Below the pieces are notes generated by a model. It did not search any database and was not told the DNA's origin. It saw only the letters and a list, made by a program, of their open reading frames with translations. A stretch of DNA of 64,000 nucleotides, taken from assembly GCF_009914755.1 (NCBI RefSeq), contig NC_060933.1; one strand, 5' to 3'. Shown in pieces: positions 49,378-62,969 of this stretch. A program made the translations under genes and the position numbers. The first letter of the stretch is position 1. Every line of letters begins with the position of its first letter. The stretch is from the human T2T-CHM13v2.0 reference genome, Homo sapiens.

Positions 49378-50289
49378 TTGACATTATTATGAAGATGAAG
49401 AAACAGATTTATCAAGCTCTATTTTCTTTAAATTATTTTTTTGTTATACTCTCTTTTATTATATTATTTATACTCTTTTATTAGACTCATGTCCTCAGGT
49501 GCAGGTGCCGGGCCCTCCTCCAACAGTGATCTCCGGCTCCCTCCCCGCTCAGGGGCCACTCTGCTCTGATACGGGCTCTTATGCCGGCCTGCAGCTCCCC
49601 TGCTCTTGGTTTCTGCCTGGTGTCACCTTCTTCCACGACACCCAGTCCCAGGATGACTGACGCCCAGGGAGATCTGTCGCCTCTCCGCAGAGACCACGTG
49701 TGTTCACCCTCGGCAGCAACATGCTGCTCCTTCCTCAAGGCGTCCTGAGGCATTGTGCATTTTCACCATTTCTGGGATGTAAAGAAGGAGGAATATTTGT
49801 CAGATAGAGAGAATACCGGTTCAGATGGTTGGTGGCTCAGATAGAGGTGGGGTTTGTTCCAGCCAGCAGCCTGTCCTGAGAACCAGGCTGGAAGAAACAC
49901 CCTTCCCTGTGGTACCACAACACCTACACCGAGGTGTCTGTGCTGCCTGGAAAGCACAGCGGGTCTCCCCAGTGCTGGGGTCATCCGGAGAGCCAAGCAC
50001 CTTCCAGGGGGGCCTCGAAGTGGGGGCACAGGCCCCCCAGGGTGCCCAGGCCAGACCGCCTCCTCTCAGGTGGTTCAGCAAGAGCTTCCTTCTGCCTCAG
50101 ATCCTTCCAGGGTGTGGACTTTCTTTTCTTATGATTCTTTTCTGACTTCACCTTACGTTACTCCTCTCCATACCTAGATGGTAAGCCCGGTGAGGGCAGG
50201 GACCCAGCCTCCCTCATTTGCAAAGCAACCACAGTCCCTGCCTTTGAGCTGGGCTGTGGGTGCCAAGCTGGAGAGCATTTCACCCTCTC

Positions 50290-50730
50290 CCACTGCTGCT
50301 GAACAGAAACCACAAATTTAGTGGTTTAAAATAGCACAGATTCTTTCTCTTGCAGAGCTGGAGGTCAGAAGTCCGAAATGAGTTTCACTGAGCCAAAGCC
50401 AGGGAGTCAGCAGGGCTGGTCCCTCTGGAGGCTGCAGAATACCTGCTCTGCACCTCCTCCGACCTCTGCAGCTACTCGGCACCCAGGACAGCTGTGCGGC
50501 CTCTGCTGTGTCTGAGCTGCTGTTGTTCCATGGCCCTCTCTGTGAGCTTGCTGCCTCCCTCTCATAAGGGCCCTCTCATAAGTCATCTGGATGACCCAGA
50601 ACAACCTCCCAATCTCTAGACACTTATCCCGACTCCATCCATAGAGTGCCTGTTGCATGTAAGGTAACGTGCCCACGGGTTCGTGGGATTAGGATGTGCA
50701 CACCTTTGGGGGCCTGATGTAGCTGACCAT
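50290..50730 (-). mobile_element. MLT1 (MaLR) LTR
   Basis: accacaaatttagtggtttaaaa...ctggaggtcagaagtccgaaatgag...aaggtaacgtgcccacgg...ggattaggatgtg. Confidence 0.75.
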
Positions 50731-50893
50731 GCCCACATCTGGTGGGAACCCACCTTCAGGGTTTCTTCTCCTTGGACACAGGCTACAGCCCAAGCCAAAT
50801 GTCCCAGAGCCTGGAGCAGGGCCCCCCTCACCCACTTTCCCCAAAGAGGCTGGCATGGGAACAAAGCCCCTGTGTGGTCAGGAGCTGGGAGGG

Positions 50894-50960
50894 CAAGACA
50901 ACAGAACAACAGGACAAGAGGACAACAGAACAACAGGGCAACAGGACAACAGGGCAACAG
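50894..50960. repeat. 8-bp repeat (ACAACAGG-like), ~8 copies
   Basis: caagacaacagaacaacaggacaagaggacaacagaacaacagggcaacagg. Confidence 0.85.
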
Positions 50961-51129
50961 CCATCCCAGCTGGAGAAGATTCTCAGGGCTGAGGTGGAGG
51001 AGGTCGGGCCTCAGCCGGGCTCAGAGTGGAACTGCTGGTCCTCCTGTCACAGGAGGGAGGGGCGGTGGGACGAGAAGAGAGGGCCTTGAGATCAAGCCGT
51101 GCCCTGCTGAAGCCTGGCAGAGGGGCTGT

Positions 51130-51311
51130 GCCTCTGGGCAGCTAGTGTGAGCTGTCGTCTTGTGCAGCTGGTCTAGGATGGGGCAGAGGCTCTGCCTTGA
51201 CCTCTCCCACCCCTGGTGCCGCCTCTGGGCAGCTGGTGTGAGCTGTCGTCTCGTGCAGCTGGTCTAGGATGGGGCAGAGGCTCTGCCTTGACCTCTCCCA
51301 CCCCTGGTGCC
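51130..51311. repeat. 91-bp near-perfect tandem duplication
   Basis: Units 51130-51220 and 51221-51311 differ at about 2 positions. Confidence 0.93.
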
Positions 51312-52849
51312 GTTTGCCCCTCCACTCCAGGTGAGCACAGCTGGAGCAGCAGCTACCTCGGGGACTGGTGGCCTTTGAGGTTTTCCCGATGGACTATTCA
51401 GCTTCTACCAGCGGGGCCCCGTGACTGCACTGCCTCCTGGGAGCTGCTACTGGGAGAGGCAGCGGTACAATCTCCCCTGCCTAGAGTCGACAAGGGGCTT
51501 CCCCCACTGAGCTGAGACAAGGCCTTCTGTCTGCATCATGAAGCTGCGATCGCAGCTTCCTACAGCTATGAAACTCCCAGCTCAACCCACCCAGACTCAG
51601 TTCTGTTCCCTGAGACCTTCGGTCACAATGGCACACCTCGCCTGGTGTGGAACCTCCTGCTGTTTACAGTGATGAGCCCAGGGTGAGCAGAGACAAAGCG
51701 CCAAGACACGCTCGTCAGAGAAGGGCTGGGCAGGACAGACACAGGCAGACAGGGTGGCCAGAGAGGCCGTGAGAAACGGACAAAACAGAGGGTGTGCATT
51801 TATCATCCCTTCCTCAGCGCCTGACGCCAGGCAGGCCCTGTGCCTCCCCAGTCCAACTCTTCCAGGCATGGCAGATGCTTGATAATTCCTGCGACTGACC
51901 CAAAGGCTTCACAGGTCAGATTCCAGCCAGGCCGAGCCTGTGAAAAGACTTTCTTCAGAAAGTCCAGACCATGGCGATCATGGCCATTACGGCTGGAAAT
52001 GTTGGAAGACCTGCAGGGCACTGGGCTTGTACCTTGGCCTCTTGGACATGCCCCCTCCTCCCTCGTCTCTCCCCAGGGAGAGTCAGTGATGGTTCACCTG
52101 GTGCCAGGCTGTTCCCCATCCAGCAGGAGCCATTAGGGAGGAGCAGGTGGGCTGGGCCCCACAGACTGAGAGAGTCAGGTCCCCAGCCCTGGAGAAGGGC
52201 ACTTTAATGAGTGTATTTGGCCAATGGCCAGTCACTGAGGCCGTGGTCCTCCCCTGTCTCCGAGAAGCCCCAACATGGAAGGCTCAGGATAGAATATCCC
52301 CACGACTCTGCTCACCACCCTTCCCATGAGGCTCTGTCATGGGAGGCTGGATGCAGTGTGTCTTTAAAATGGTCTGCCCATCTCAGTCTCAAACTTTGGA
52401 AAGGGTTAACATAGCATTCCATGACCAGGATGCTGGGACTTTGAAGTTTCCTCTGCTAAACTGGACAGAGGCTCAAAAGAGCTCTTCCTCAAGCTGATTT
52501 AACCAGTCACTGGGTGGCACAGGCCATCAGCACTGAAGGCCGCAGCAGAGAGATAAAGGGATGCAGCATCACTTATGCAAAAGCAGAATAAGGTATTACC
52601 CCTTGCAGATGGCTTCTGGCATTTACCTTGTTGGATCTCATGTTAGCAACGACCGCCAACACTTCTGAACGGCAACACTTAACCAGAGTCTTTTCATTCT
52701 CCATGAAAAGAGTTGTCACAGAAAAATTTAAAGGGAAAGTGGCTTTAAACTGCCCATATCAAGTAGGAGTCTCCGGGGCTTGGCTGAGCCGGCATTCCTC
52801 CTTTTAACTCTTCCATGTCGTTGGAGAGCCAGAGTTTGAAAGCCCTGGG

Positions 52850-53290
52850 ACAGAAGAGGAGGAAGAAAAGGAAGACGAGGAGGACAAGGGGGAGGGAGAG
52901 GACAAGGAGGAGGCAGAGGAGGAGAATTAGGAAGAGGAGGAGGGGGATGAGGAGGCGGAGAGGGAGGAGGACAAGGAGGAGGTGAAGGAGGAGGAGTCGG
53001 GGAGAAGGAGGAGGAGTCGGGGAGAAGGAGGAGGAATCGGGGAGAAGGAGGAGAATGAGGAGGACAAGGAAGAGAATGAGGAGGACAAGGAAGAGAATGA
53101 GGAGGGGGAGAAGGAGGAGGAGAAGGAGGACTAGGAGGAAGAGGAGAATGACAAGGAGGGGGATAAGGAGGACAAGGAGGACAATGGATGAGGAGGAGGA
53201 GGGAGAGGAGGAGGAGGGGTGGGAGAAGGAGAAGGGGGACAAGGGGGAGAAGGAGGAGTGGGGGAGATGGAGGGGCCAGAGGAGGAGGCA
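52850..53290. repeat. GA-rich polypurine low-complexity tract
   Basis: (GAG/GGA)n-rich, nearly pyrimidine-free on the + strand, with 18-20-bp subrepeats. Confidence 0.95.
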
Positions 53291-53599
53291 GCCGTGGTGG
53301 CTTGGGCGAGGCGTTGGATCCAGGGCGTGCTTGGCTGTTGCCTCCCTCTAGACCTCAGTCTCCCGTCCTGTGAAATGGGCAGGCACTGAGGACCCTGTAG
53401 CATCCCCAGCCCATGAGTGCTCACCCCCTTGATGAGCAGCATCACTAGCATGTAGAAATACGTTGGATTTAAGATATTTCCAAGCCATGGTCCTAAGTGG
53501 TGGCCACATTCCAGGCTCTCCCCAGAGGCGATGAGGATCCGGTTGCTTGGCATAAGCCTCACTGTCGTGTTGCCAGCCTTTCCACCTGCACCCTGGCGG

Positions 53600-55730
53600 G
53601 CGTGCAGGGCGTCCCACTGAGATTTTCAGTTGCACTTCCTGATCACTACGAGGCTGAGCAGCTTTTCTCAAACTCATCAGCTATTTGTGTATCTTCCAAA
53701 GTGTGTGCTCAAGTCTTTGCCCGTTTTTTAGAATTGGGCAGTAGTCTGTTGATTGCTGGGTCTCCAGAGTTGCTTACACATTCTTCATGGAGGTCTTTCA
53801 TCAGGTGTCCCTGTTGTGTGTATTTTCACCCAATGACTTCCATTTTCTTGAAGTCCAATTTATCAATCTCCCTCCTTCCCCTGTGGCTGGTTTTTTAAAA
53901 TGAAGTTTTTTTATTTTAGAGCCATTTCGAGTTTACAGAATTGTTATAAAGATAGTGCCGGGTTCCCATATACTTCACACAGTTTGCTTATTATTAATGC
54001 CTTACATTATAATGGTACATTTGTCAGAATTAGCGAACAAACGTTGCTACATAATCATTGACTAAAGCCCACAGCTCATTTGGTTTGTTCTCGGGTGGCC
54101 GTTTTGTGGGCCGGGATCCCGTCCGGGATCCCGTGTGACATTTGCTTGTCACATCTCCCTAGGGTCCTCTGGGCCGTGACAGTTTCTCAGACCTTCCTTG
54201 TTTTCTGTGATCTTGAAAGTTCTGAGAAGCTGGGCTCAGGCATCTGGGGGAGTGTCTGTCTGCCGGGGTTCGTGTGAAGTCTTTTTTTCATGATCAGATT
54301 CCGGCTGTGGGCTCCTTGGAGGAAGAGCAGAGGTGAGGCGCTTCTCATGCCACCACATCAGGGGTCCTGCCTCGGCCCGGCTCACTGCTGATGTTGACCT
54401 CGGCTACGTGGCAGAGTGTGCTGGCCAGGTTTCTCCAGCATGAAGTCACTCTCGTTTCCCTCGTAAGTTATACTCTAGTTTTTCAATCTTCTAGTTTATG
54501 GCTTGTGTCTTCTCTATGAAACCCTTGCCTAACCTCTCAGTTTCGAAGGTATGAGAAGGAGGAGTCAAGATTCTTTTTTCTTTTCATGTGGATATCCAGT
54601 TTTGTTTTATTTATTTATATATTTTATATTTTAGAGACAGGATCTCACTCTATCGCCCAAGCTGCGATCACAGCTTACTGCAGCCTGAAACCCCTGGGCT
54701 CAAGGGATCCTCCTGCCTCAGTGTGCAACTCCGTGCCTGGCCTACATCTCTGTGTAGAGACACAGAGTCTTATGACGTTGCCCACGCTGGTCTCAAACTT
54801 CTGGGCCCAAGCAATCCTCCCACCTTGGCATCCCAAAGTCCTGGGACTACAGGCATGAGCCCCACTACGCCTGGCCTGATATCCAGTTATTTCAGTACCA
54901 TGTTTCCCCCTGTGGTTTTGGCCTGCTTGTTGAAAATCATGGGATGGTGCCTGTCAGCCTATTTCTGTAATCTCTGCTCTATGCCAGTGAGCTATTTCTT
55001 TATGGCCTTACTGGTGCAAGATTTGACAACTCTTCTGATGGTGCCGTTCCTTTCCAGATGGCTGTGGCTGCCCTTAGACCTTCACTTCTCTATGAACTTC
55101 TAAATCATCCTGTTAATTTAGAGGAAAAGTCCACAGGGACTCCAATTGAGATTTCATTGAATGATTAGATCAATTTGTGAAGAATTAGACATGGTATATT
55201 TAGAGATATATCTCTCAGATAATTTTTGGTGTAGAGGTTTTCACATATATTGTGAAATTTATCCCTAAGTATTTGATTTTACTATTATAGATAGTATTTT
55301 TGACTTCATTTTAAATTAGTCATCAGCAGTATATAGAAATACAGCCTATCTTTATATGTTGACCTGGTGTCCTGTGATGTTTTAAATTAGTCATCAGTAG
55401 TATATAGAAATACAACTGATCTTTACATATTGACTTGGTGTCCTGTGATGTTGCAGAATTCACTTATTGGTTCAAGTTGATTTTTTGTGGATCCCTTAGG
55501 ATTTGCCACCTCATTTCACCTGTAAATGAGGATAGTTTTACTTATTTCTTTCCAATATTTATACTTTTCTTTTCCTCATCTCTTTGCACTGGCTGGAACC
55601 TCCCAGCCCAATGCTCACTAGAAGAGATGAAAACAAAAACAGAAACCCTTCCCTTTCTCCCCGTTTTAGGGGGAGTTATTGAGTATTTCATCATTTGTTA
55701 TGATGTTGGCTATAGAAAAAAAAAAGTCTG
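53600..55730 (-). mobile_element. Old L1M/L1MC fragments with an AluJ (~54625-54878) and a ~72-bp tandem duplication (~55309-55452)
   Basis: L1MC-type 3'UTR (~53900-54470) and degenerate ORF2 pieces. Confidence 0.65.
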
Positions 55731-58317
55731 TTTTAACAGTGCTAGCCACTGGGAGAGGAGTAAGCACCTGCCCTTATCTGAAGGCAGGGACTTCTGAAGG
55801 CCTCTGTGCTGAGTTCCGAATGACTTCCAGGTCACAATTAGCTCCTGGATGTTTACAGACAGAGTTGCAGAGACATTCCTGGGTCCCATGACCCTCGTTG
55901 GACCCCAGGCATGCAGAGGAGAAAGCAGCATCCTCAGGCCCAGCCCAGGCGAGTGTCCTGCCTCTCTCACTGTCAGGGACACCAGGAGCTTGCAGCAATG
56001 GTCCTAACCTCTCCCTGCTCCTTCTCCACTTTATGGTCCTTACAACTAGGTGATCCCCTGCTCCAGGATCTCAATCATAAAGGGTAGAGAAGCATCTGCG
56101 TGAGGCAAAGGTGGACCTGAAAGCCAGGCCAGTGTTCGTCCCCACTCGGCCTTTGTTGCTCTGTCTCGTCCAGGCTAGGACCTGCATGTGTCAGGGAAGC
56201 AGCTGGCTGAGCTCATGGGGGCAGAGAACCACCAATGAGGTGGGGGAAGAAGGGTCACGCTTCATTTAGAGGGGCACACAGTGCAGAGGAGGCCAAGCCT
56301 AGCCAGGCAAGATGTGCATCCTGAGTGAGGCGGGTAAGACCACCTGCATTCAATGTGCCCCCTGTGTCTCCCCACTTCTCAACTCTTGTCACACACTGGA
56401 CAAGCAGAGACAGGAGAGAATCACTCCATGTCATTGAATAAACTGGTTTAGAGCTCTGTCTGATAAAACCACAGTGAACAGAGAAGAAAAGAGCCATCAT
56501 GTTTTCACGTGTGGCCGGCCTGGGTGCAGCCTTCTGAGGGATCCCTGGAAGCCTCAAAGCTGTTTCATCTCGGGCGAGGTTTGGGGTCCTCTGATATTTG
56601 TGGATTCTCTACCATATGGGAGACCTAAAGGCTCAGAACATGAAAAGTGTTGGGAGCTTTAAACTACTATCTTCTCTTTTCCTTTGGTATAATGCACGAG
56701 AGCAAAATGTACAAACGGATCTCCTTATATTCAAGGTACAGACTGAGGAATGAAACCCAGGGAGCAAAAGGCACGGCAGACAGCAGCAGGGCCAGGGCTG
56801 TGTCCAGTCCTCTGAAGACTGCGGGGTCTGCATAAAGGAGGCCCTGTCTCTTCCCCTTGGGCTGCTCGAACCACACAAGCTGATGTCAGGAGTGACTAAA
56901 TCTACCCTAATTAATAGACCATTTGACTCAAGTCTGAGCTAGGAAGCAAACACACAAAAGGGGTTCCTATAAAAACACCAGCAGAGGCGTGGAGCCGTTT
57001 CAGCGTGCCGTGGAGAGAGCTGACTCCTGGGTGCTGATCTCTTGAGGCCACGTGAGGGCTCCATCCCTGGCTTGGCCACCCACACCTCCCCTGGGCCGGC
57101 ACCTTCTTATCTGGATGAAAACAATTCCCACCTCACGGGAAAGTTTTAGGCAACATTGTTTATTGCCTGCAAATCTCCCTGTGTGGTCTTGCTGAGGGAC
57201 CAGCAAAAGCAAGTTGCTTCTGCTCTCTGTTGACTTTGGCCAGAGCATCTTTTGACCGAGATTTGACCGAGTCACCACCGTCTGACAATTATGAAGGATT
57301 TGATTTATTCTGGACACCGGCCTTCTCCAAGCTGGTGGCTAATAAGGTCCTATAAATGTTGTTAGCTGTTGACTGTGGACCACATAATTTCTCAGAGATT
57401 CTGCACTTCTTTGGAGCACTAGCTGGGCGCTGCCTGGAGGAACTTTCTGATGGTGGAAATGTCAACAGATGGTTTGATATTCAGGGGCACCCCATCCACC
57501 AGGCGAGCTCAAAGCAAATGTCCTTCTGGACTGAGTGCATGGGTCCAGGAAGGCCAGGCGTGTCGTTGTGTAGGGCCATGAGTCCATGAGGAAATGAGGT
57601 GCCAGTCCCCCTGCTCCTCACAGGGATAGACCGGGACTCACTTCCGACCAGTTAATTAATGGACTGGAGACTTGTGACCCACCTGAGGACCAAGTCCTCG
57701 CAGGACACTGGGTAGAATGGTAAAGACAAGCAGTGGCATGACCTCTAATGCCAGAGTAGGAACGTGTGCCCCATGCCCACCCGGGTCGCTAGGCCTTTAC
57801 TGTAGCCGAGGCACTGCCTCTGTCTGGTCTTGGGTGCTGAGAGGCCGGGACCTGCTGCAGCCTGTTGGATGCAGCTCATGCTCCCTCCCGAGTCTGTGGC
57901 AGAGAGCAGTAGGGGCTCAGGGCAGCAGAAGGCCCAGGGAGAGGAGGGGGTCCTCCCTGTCCAGGTGAGAGCCTTTGACCATCCCAAGAGCCGGGGTGCC
58001 CAGTCATCCTTCAGCACTGGGCCTTCCAGCGGGCCAAGGGAGACACTATCAGAACCTCATCATAGGCTGTTTAAGGCTTAAGTGAGGTTGACAGGTGAAA
58101 TGCTGAGAACAGTGGCCCCTTGCAAGCGTTTTATAGAGGTAGTGTATTCCCTGTGTGGATGCAGGTGGGGAGAAGTGGAAGGAAGGATGCACGAGAGCCA
58201 GCCTGCGACACCTAAGGACAGAAACACCTCCCTCAGCCCAGCCGGCTGCTGACTCCATGCGAAGAGGGACACCGACCCTTACAATCTCACAGTGTCCTGC
58301 CCCTGCCCCTGCCCCTG

Positions 58318-58430
58318 TGAGGTGGGAATCATTATGCTTATTTCACAGACGCAGAAACTCAGAGGGCTTAAGGGTGATTGAAGGTTGCTCCAGGCCTGGA
58401 CTCGAATCTGTGTCTTTGCTTCCTAGGGCG
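58318..58430. mobile_element. MIR fragment
   Basis: tatttcacagacgcagaaactcagagggcttaag resembles the MIR core. Confidence 0.5.
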
Positions 58431-59618
58431 ATGCTCCTTCCATCAAAACCAGAGTGTCCCAGCTCTAGATTCCCCACCCAATCCCCATGGCCCCCACTCA
58501 TCACCTCCTGTGGCTGTCTCAGCACCTCCATCGTGAATCCGTGCATCCCTTCAGACGACTGCCTTCCGATGCGGCCCCTGACCTGCCCCCCCTCCCATCA
58601 CTGAATAGGACTCCTTTTCTCCTGGATTTCCTGTAGGAAGTTTCAAAATCCTCTCCAGGTTTTCTGTGGGTGGATTCTCTCTCTGGATCTTTCTAAGTGA
58701 GTCCTGTGTTTCACCACAGCTCCCCCCACATGGTTGAGCAGCTGTACCGTGGGGAGGCTTGGTCTTCTTGCCCCATTTGTGTGATGTCTATTGTAGTCAT
58801 GCCAGGGTCCTGACGTCAGAGCTACACCCTGACATGTGCTCATGCCGGTTTACAAACCCTCCCAGGACCAGGTCCCCATCCCTCTTCCAGGACAGGCTCT
58901 GGAGCTCCAGCTATTAACAGAAACATTCCAGCCAGCATCCCCAGCGACCCTCAGCCTCCCACGCCGCTGTGTCTTCATGACCACAGCCTGGCCACCACAC
59001 AGCTCCCCCTCGAGGACTGTGACCACTTCCAGCCATTGTCTCTTTGGGCCATGCGGGATATATTCCCATTTCCCCATTCAGCTGGGAGATTTTACCAAGG
59101 GATTTTTCTCTCCTGGCTCCAATGCCAGCAAGACCATGAACAGCTGTGTCATTTTCACTTTCAAGCCTCAGCTTCTGTACATAAAAGAATACAGTTAATA
59201 ATGATTTCCTCCTCCTGAGTTGCTATCGAAAGAAATGAGGTTATGCACACACACGGCAAGGACCTGCGTCTGGCAGGAACAACATCTCGTTCATCGTCAC
59301 GAGTGCTTCCCCTTGTGTCTTCCCTCCTGTGTGTGAGATGGGGGCTCCCAGGCCTCCCCAACAAAATACACTTTTCCAGCTTTTAGAGGCCAGCATTCCT
59401 AAGTCCTTGCAATAAATCCCTATCATAGTACAAATGTAAACACATCACGGTATAACTCAAATCAACTGCCCCTGATTTTGCCATGTTTCAACCTTTTGTT
59501 GCCATCGGCCTCCTAAACAATGGCTTTAATGGAAACACAGGTATGTAAGTTTGGAAGCTGCTCAAACATCTCAGTCATTCAGAAATAAAATGCTTGTTGA
59601 GCAGCTAGTCTGTGCCAG

Positions 59619-60056
59619 TTGTATTAGGGTTCTCCATAGAAACAGAACCAATAGGATGTACACAGAGAGAGGGATGAGCAGGGATTTTTCATGTGACTTG
59701 GCTCATGTGATTATGGAGGATGAGAAGTCCTGCTGCCGTCTACAAGCTGGAGAACCAGGGAAGTTGCTGGTGTACGTCCCGGAGTCCAAAGGCCTGAGAA
59801 CCCCGAGTTCTGATGTTTGGGGGCAGGAGAAGATGGATGTCTCAGATCCAGAATAAGGAAAGAATTCACCCTTCCTCTGCCTTTTTGTTCTATCTGGGCC
59901 CTCAGCCTTTGGGGAGCATGGATTTTCCCACTCACTCCCCTGATTCAAATGCTGATCTCTTCTGGAAATGCCCTCTCAGGCGCACTTAGCATGTTTTATC
60001 AGCTATCTGGGTTTCCCTCAGCCTAGTCAAGTTGACACCTAAAATTAACCAACCAC
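59619..60056 (-). mobile_element. MLT2 LTR
   Basis: tgtattagggttctcc..agaaacagaaccaatagga...gtcaagttgacacctaaaattaacca. Confidence 0.85.
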
Positions 60057-62969
60057 TAGGCAATGCACTACCTAGGAATACAGAGCCAAGGAGGGCGGGA
60101 TCTTCCCAGGCCTCAAGGTCTCTCATCTGCTGAGCAGACAGGCATGAGGCAGACTCTCACAAGTAATGAGGTTGGTGGCAAGGACTACAAAAGAGAAAGA
60201 CCTCTGCCAAATGCAAAGTTGCACTAAGTGCTAAGGTAAACCCAAATCTGAACTGCAGAATTGTGCGCTGTGATGTTCACCCCCACCCAAGTGGCTATGT
60301 TGCCACATCGGCTGCAAACACACGTGAATTTGGGCTGGGTATCAGGAAATGAAGTCATTCTGGGAATGGAAATTTAAGTTTCTTTAGGGAACTGTGAAAA
60401 TCTGCATTGGAAAACAGATACTGCGAGAGAACAGGTTCTGCAGACCAGCAAACAGTCCAGACACTGGATTTCTTCCCTGCTCCCTGTCTGGCCGCAGCAG
60501 GGGACAGACAGGCAGAGCGGGCGTGTGTCAGAAGGTGTTTTCTAGGGGGAAAGAAGGAATAAAAGAAGACCCAGAGGAGATGCAGTGACATTGGGAGGTT
60601 CAATAATTTCCCTGCAGTTGAGGGCCCCTGGACCACTGTTTCCCCAGCAGAGACAAGGTGGTGGCTGGCATGGAGGGAGCTTCCTTAGAAGAACCCAGAA
60701 CCCGTGTATTCCCCTGAGAAGCGTCATGAAACCTCTCAGATCTCTAATCCCTGCACTGCCCTGGAGCATCAAGGCCCAGCGCTGCTGTTGAATATTGTGA
60801 ATGTGGTTTTTCCTGACTCACCATAGAGTCAATAATTTCCAGTTTAAACGAATTTGTTAAATATCCTTCCAGATTATGCCATTATCCAAGAAAGTCTTAG
60901 CTGGCTAAACTGGAGCAAGCAATTCTTTTAGGAATTTGGAGAGCAAGTTTATTGTGAGAATCTTGCAGCTGTGACAGACGAATGTCCACAGAGAGAAGAG
61001 ACACCTTTGAGAGGTAGTGAGCCTGATAACTGAGCACCGGGAGGGCTGCAGAGCCCCTGGGGGTGGCACAGTCCAGGATCTCCCCACCTGGCATCCTCTG
61101 AGGTGGATGCTCCTGCCTCTGAGACAGGCAGCCCTCTGCTTGCTGGCTGCTCCCCAGCATCTGTTTCTGACTCTCTGCGCAAAACGGACAGGAAAGTTGG
61201 GGGTCCCTGCCCAGTGTCTGTCTCCAGGCACAGAGTCTCAGAACCAGCTCTCAAAACTCTGTCTGCTCACCTGGGCAGCTCCAGGAGGCGGGGGAGGAGT
61301 CAGGAGCACAGCAGCCCCTTGAAACTTCCCAGGATGGCTGGTTTGGGGGTTTATCACGTTATTTTTCTCCCTCTGGTTTTAGCCACTGTAGGCCAGTTTG
61401 TTCACAGATTTTTACCAACTTTGGCTCATTTCATTACCTTATCAGAGGTGGGAATTCTGAGGTCCCTAAGCCAGAGGCTTTCAGGGATGTGGCTCCCTCT
61501 GCCGCCCTGGCAGGGAGGGTGCAGGGGTCCCAGGTGGAGCCTCTGACCTAGAGCCTGTGGGTTTGGCGTCGGGAAACAACCCAGCCTGGAGCCCAGGCTG
61601 CTCCAGGAGCAGCCTGTTATCTGGAGACAGCCTCCCTGTAAGATTTCTCTGAGACAAGAAACAATTATGCAAATTATCCTAATTCTGTTTTAAAGAATAG
61701 AGAGATTGATTGCAGAGACAAACCATTTAGGCAGGCAATGTAGAAGGTGTTTCCATGGCTAATCTGCCTTCAAAGGAGAGGGATTTTGTTTGTAAACTTC
61801 AGACCCAGAAAATTGATTGTTCTGTCAACTTTAGATAATTATCTGTCCTCCCTGAGGCCCTAAGCTTAGCAGAAATGTTCTTTCTCTGAATCCGTACTCA
61901 GCTTTGGATCTCTGTTGGGTTCCCTGTGGAGTGCTAAATCAGAGATTCCCCCAAAGCAGTGGATCAGGAGCCTTCCTCCAGCCACAGTGCCCATCCTGCC
62001 TGCAGAAGAATGGACAGAGGGACGGGAGGGCTGCAGAGCTGGCACTGTGTCCCTGGAGGGGCTGGTGGGGACTCACTGTTCGGGGGACAGGGGAGGCAGA
62101 GTCCACACTCAACTGCTGCGTGGAGATGGGCATGAAGGGCAGGCAGGTCTGGCCTTGGCCTTGCGGTTTGTTTCCATTAAAGACCTTCAAGACCAGAAGG
62201 GACCAATAGGGCCGGACTATGCAGGGAGAGAAGAGGTTCTAGGGAACTGAGTTCCGAAGTCTTCGTCTTCTCACTGTGCAATGGGGTTCGCCTATAAAGC
62301 AGGCTGCTTGTCCTCGGGAGAGCTCATTGTGGAGAAACATCACTGGACAGAGCCCCTCCTTATCTGCATCAGACTCCTCTGGTCTCCCCGGTTGCCTTTT
62401 TCTCTGCCCCTAAGGGCATCTGTCCCTGGAGAGGCTCTCAGGACAGTATCCTGGACACCCCCTGCCTGGACACCCCTTGCCCGGCACCCCTCCTCTCCAC
62501 AATGTCATCAGAGAGCTCCACCTGCCCTTCTAGCCCCCTGGTCCAGCACTGCTGGTCATGAGGTTTGGGCCCTGTGAGCTGCCCAGATCCAAGCTGTGGG
62601 GAAAGTTTGCTGAGACCAGTTTGGGGAACAGAGGGGCCTTGTTGTACCATTTGTTCTGGGCACAGGGGACCTCCTGCATCGTCTATCTCCTCCATGAGAT
62701 GCTAGTTTCAGGGATTCCTTGGGGACACTGGAGAGCAGGGCTGGCTCAGGCAGGGGCCTGACCATAGTCCAGACAGTGCAGACCCTACCTGAGGTGCCAC
62801 ATGGGCCCTCATCAGTCTTCTCTTCACACAGTGGAGTCACTCCTGTGCCTCCCCTGTCTGCACTCCATTGAGCCGGGAAAGGCCTGCAGTAGCCAATGCC
62901 CACATTTGAGTTTCAAATGTGAATATACCCAGGGATTGCAATTTACCAAAAGATGAAGGAAAAGGCCTC

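Larger units (their letters stand above)
49455..52900 (-). ncRNA. Putative spliced lncRNA (terminal exon ~49455-49771; upstream exon ending at donor 52627)
   Basis: Minus strand: polypyrimidine acceptor ttcctccttctttacatcccAG at 49772, AATAAA at 49477-49482 and 49455-49460, donor AAG|GTAAAT at 52627/52626; no expression data, 5' end is a guess. Confidence 0.4.

Noticed and set aside
52745-53562. Leu-rich membrane-like and Arg/Glu-rich ORFs
   Set aside because: Low-complexity translations of the GA tract
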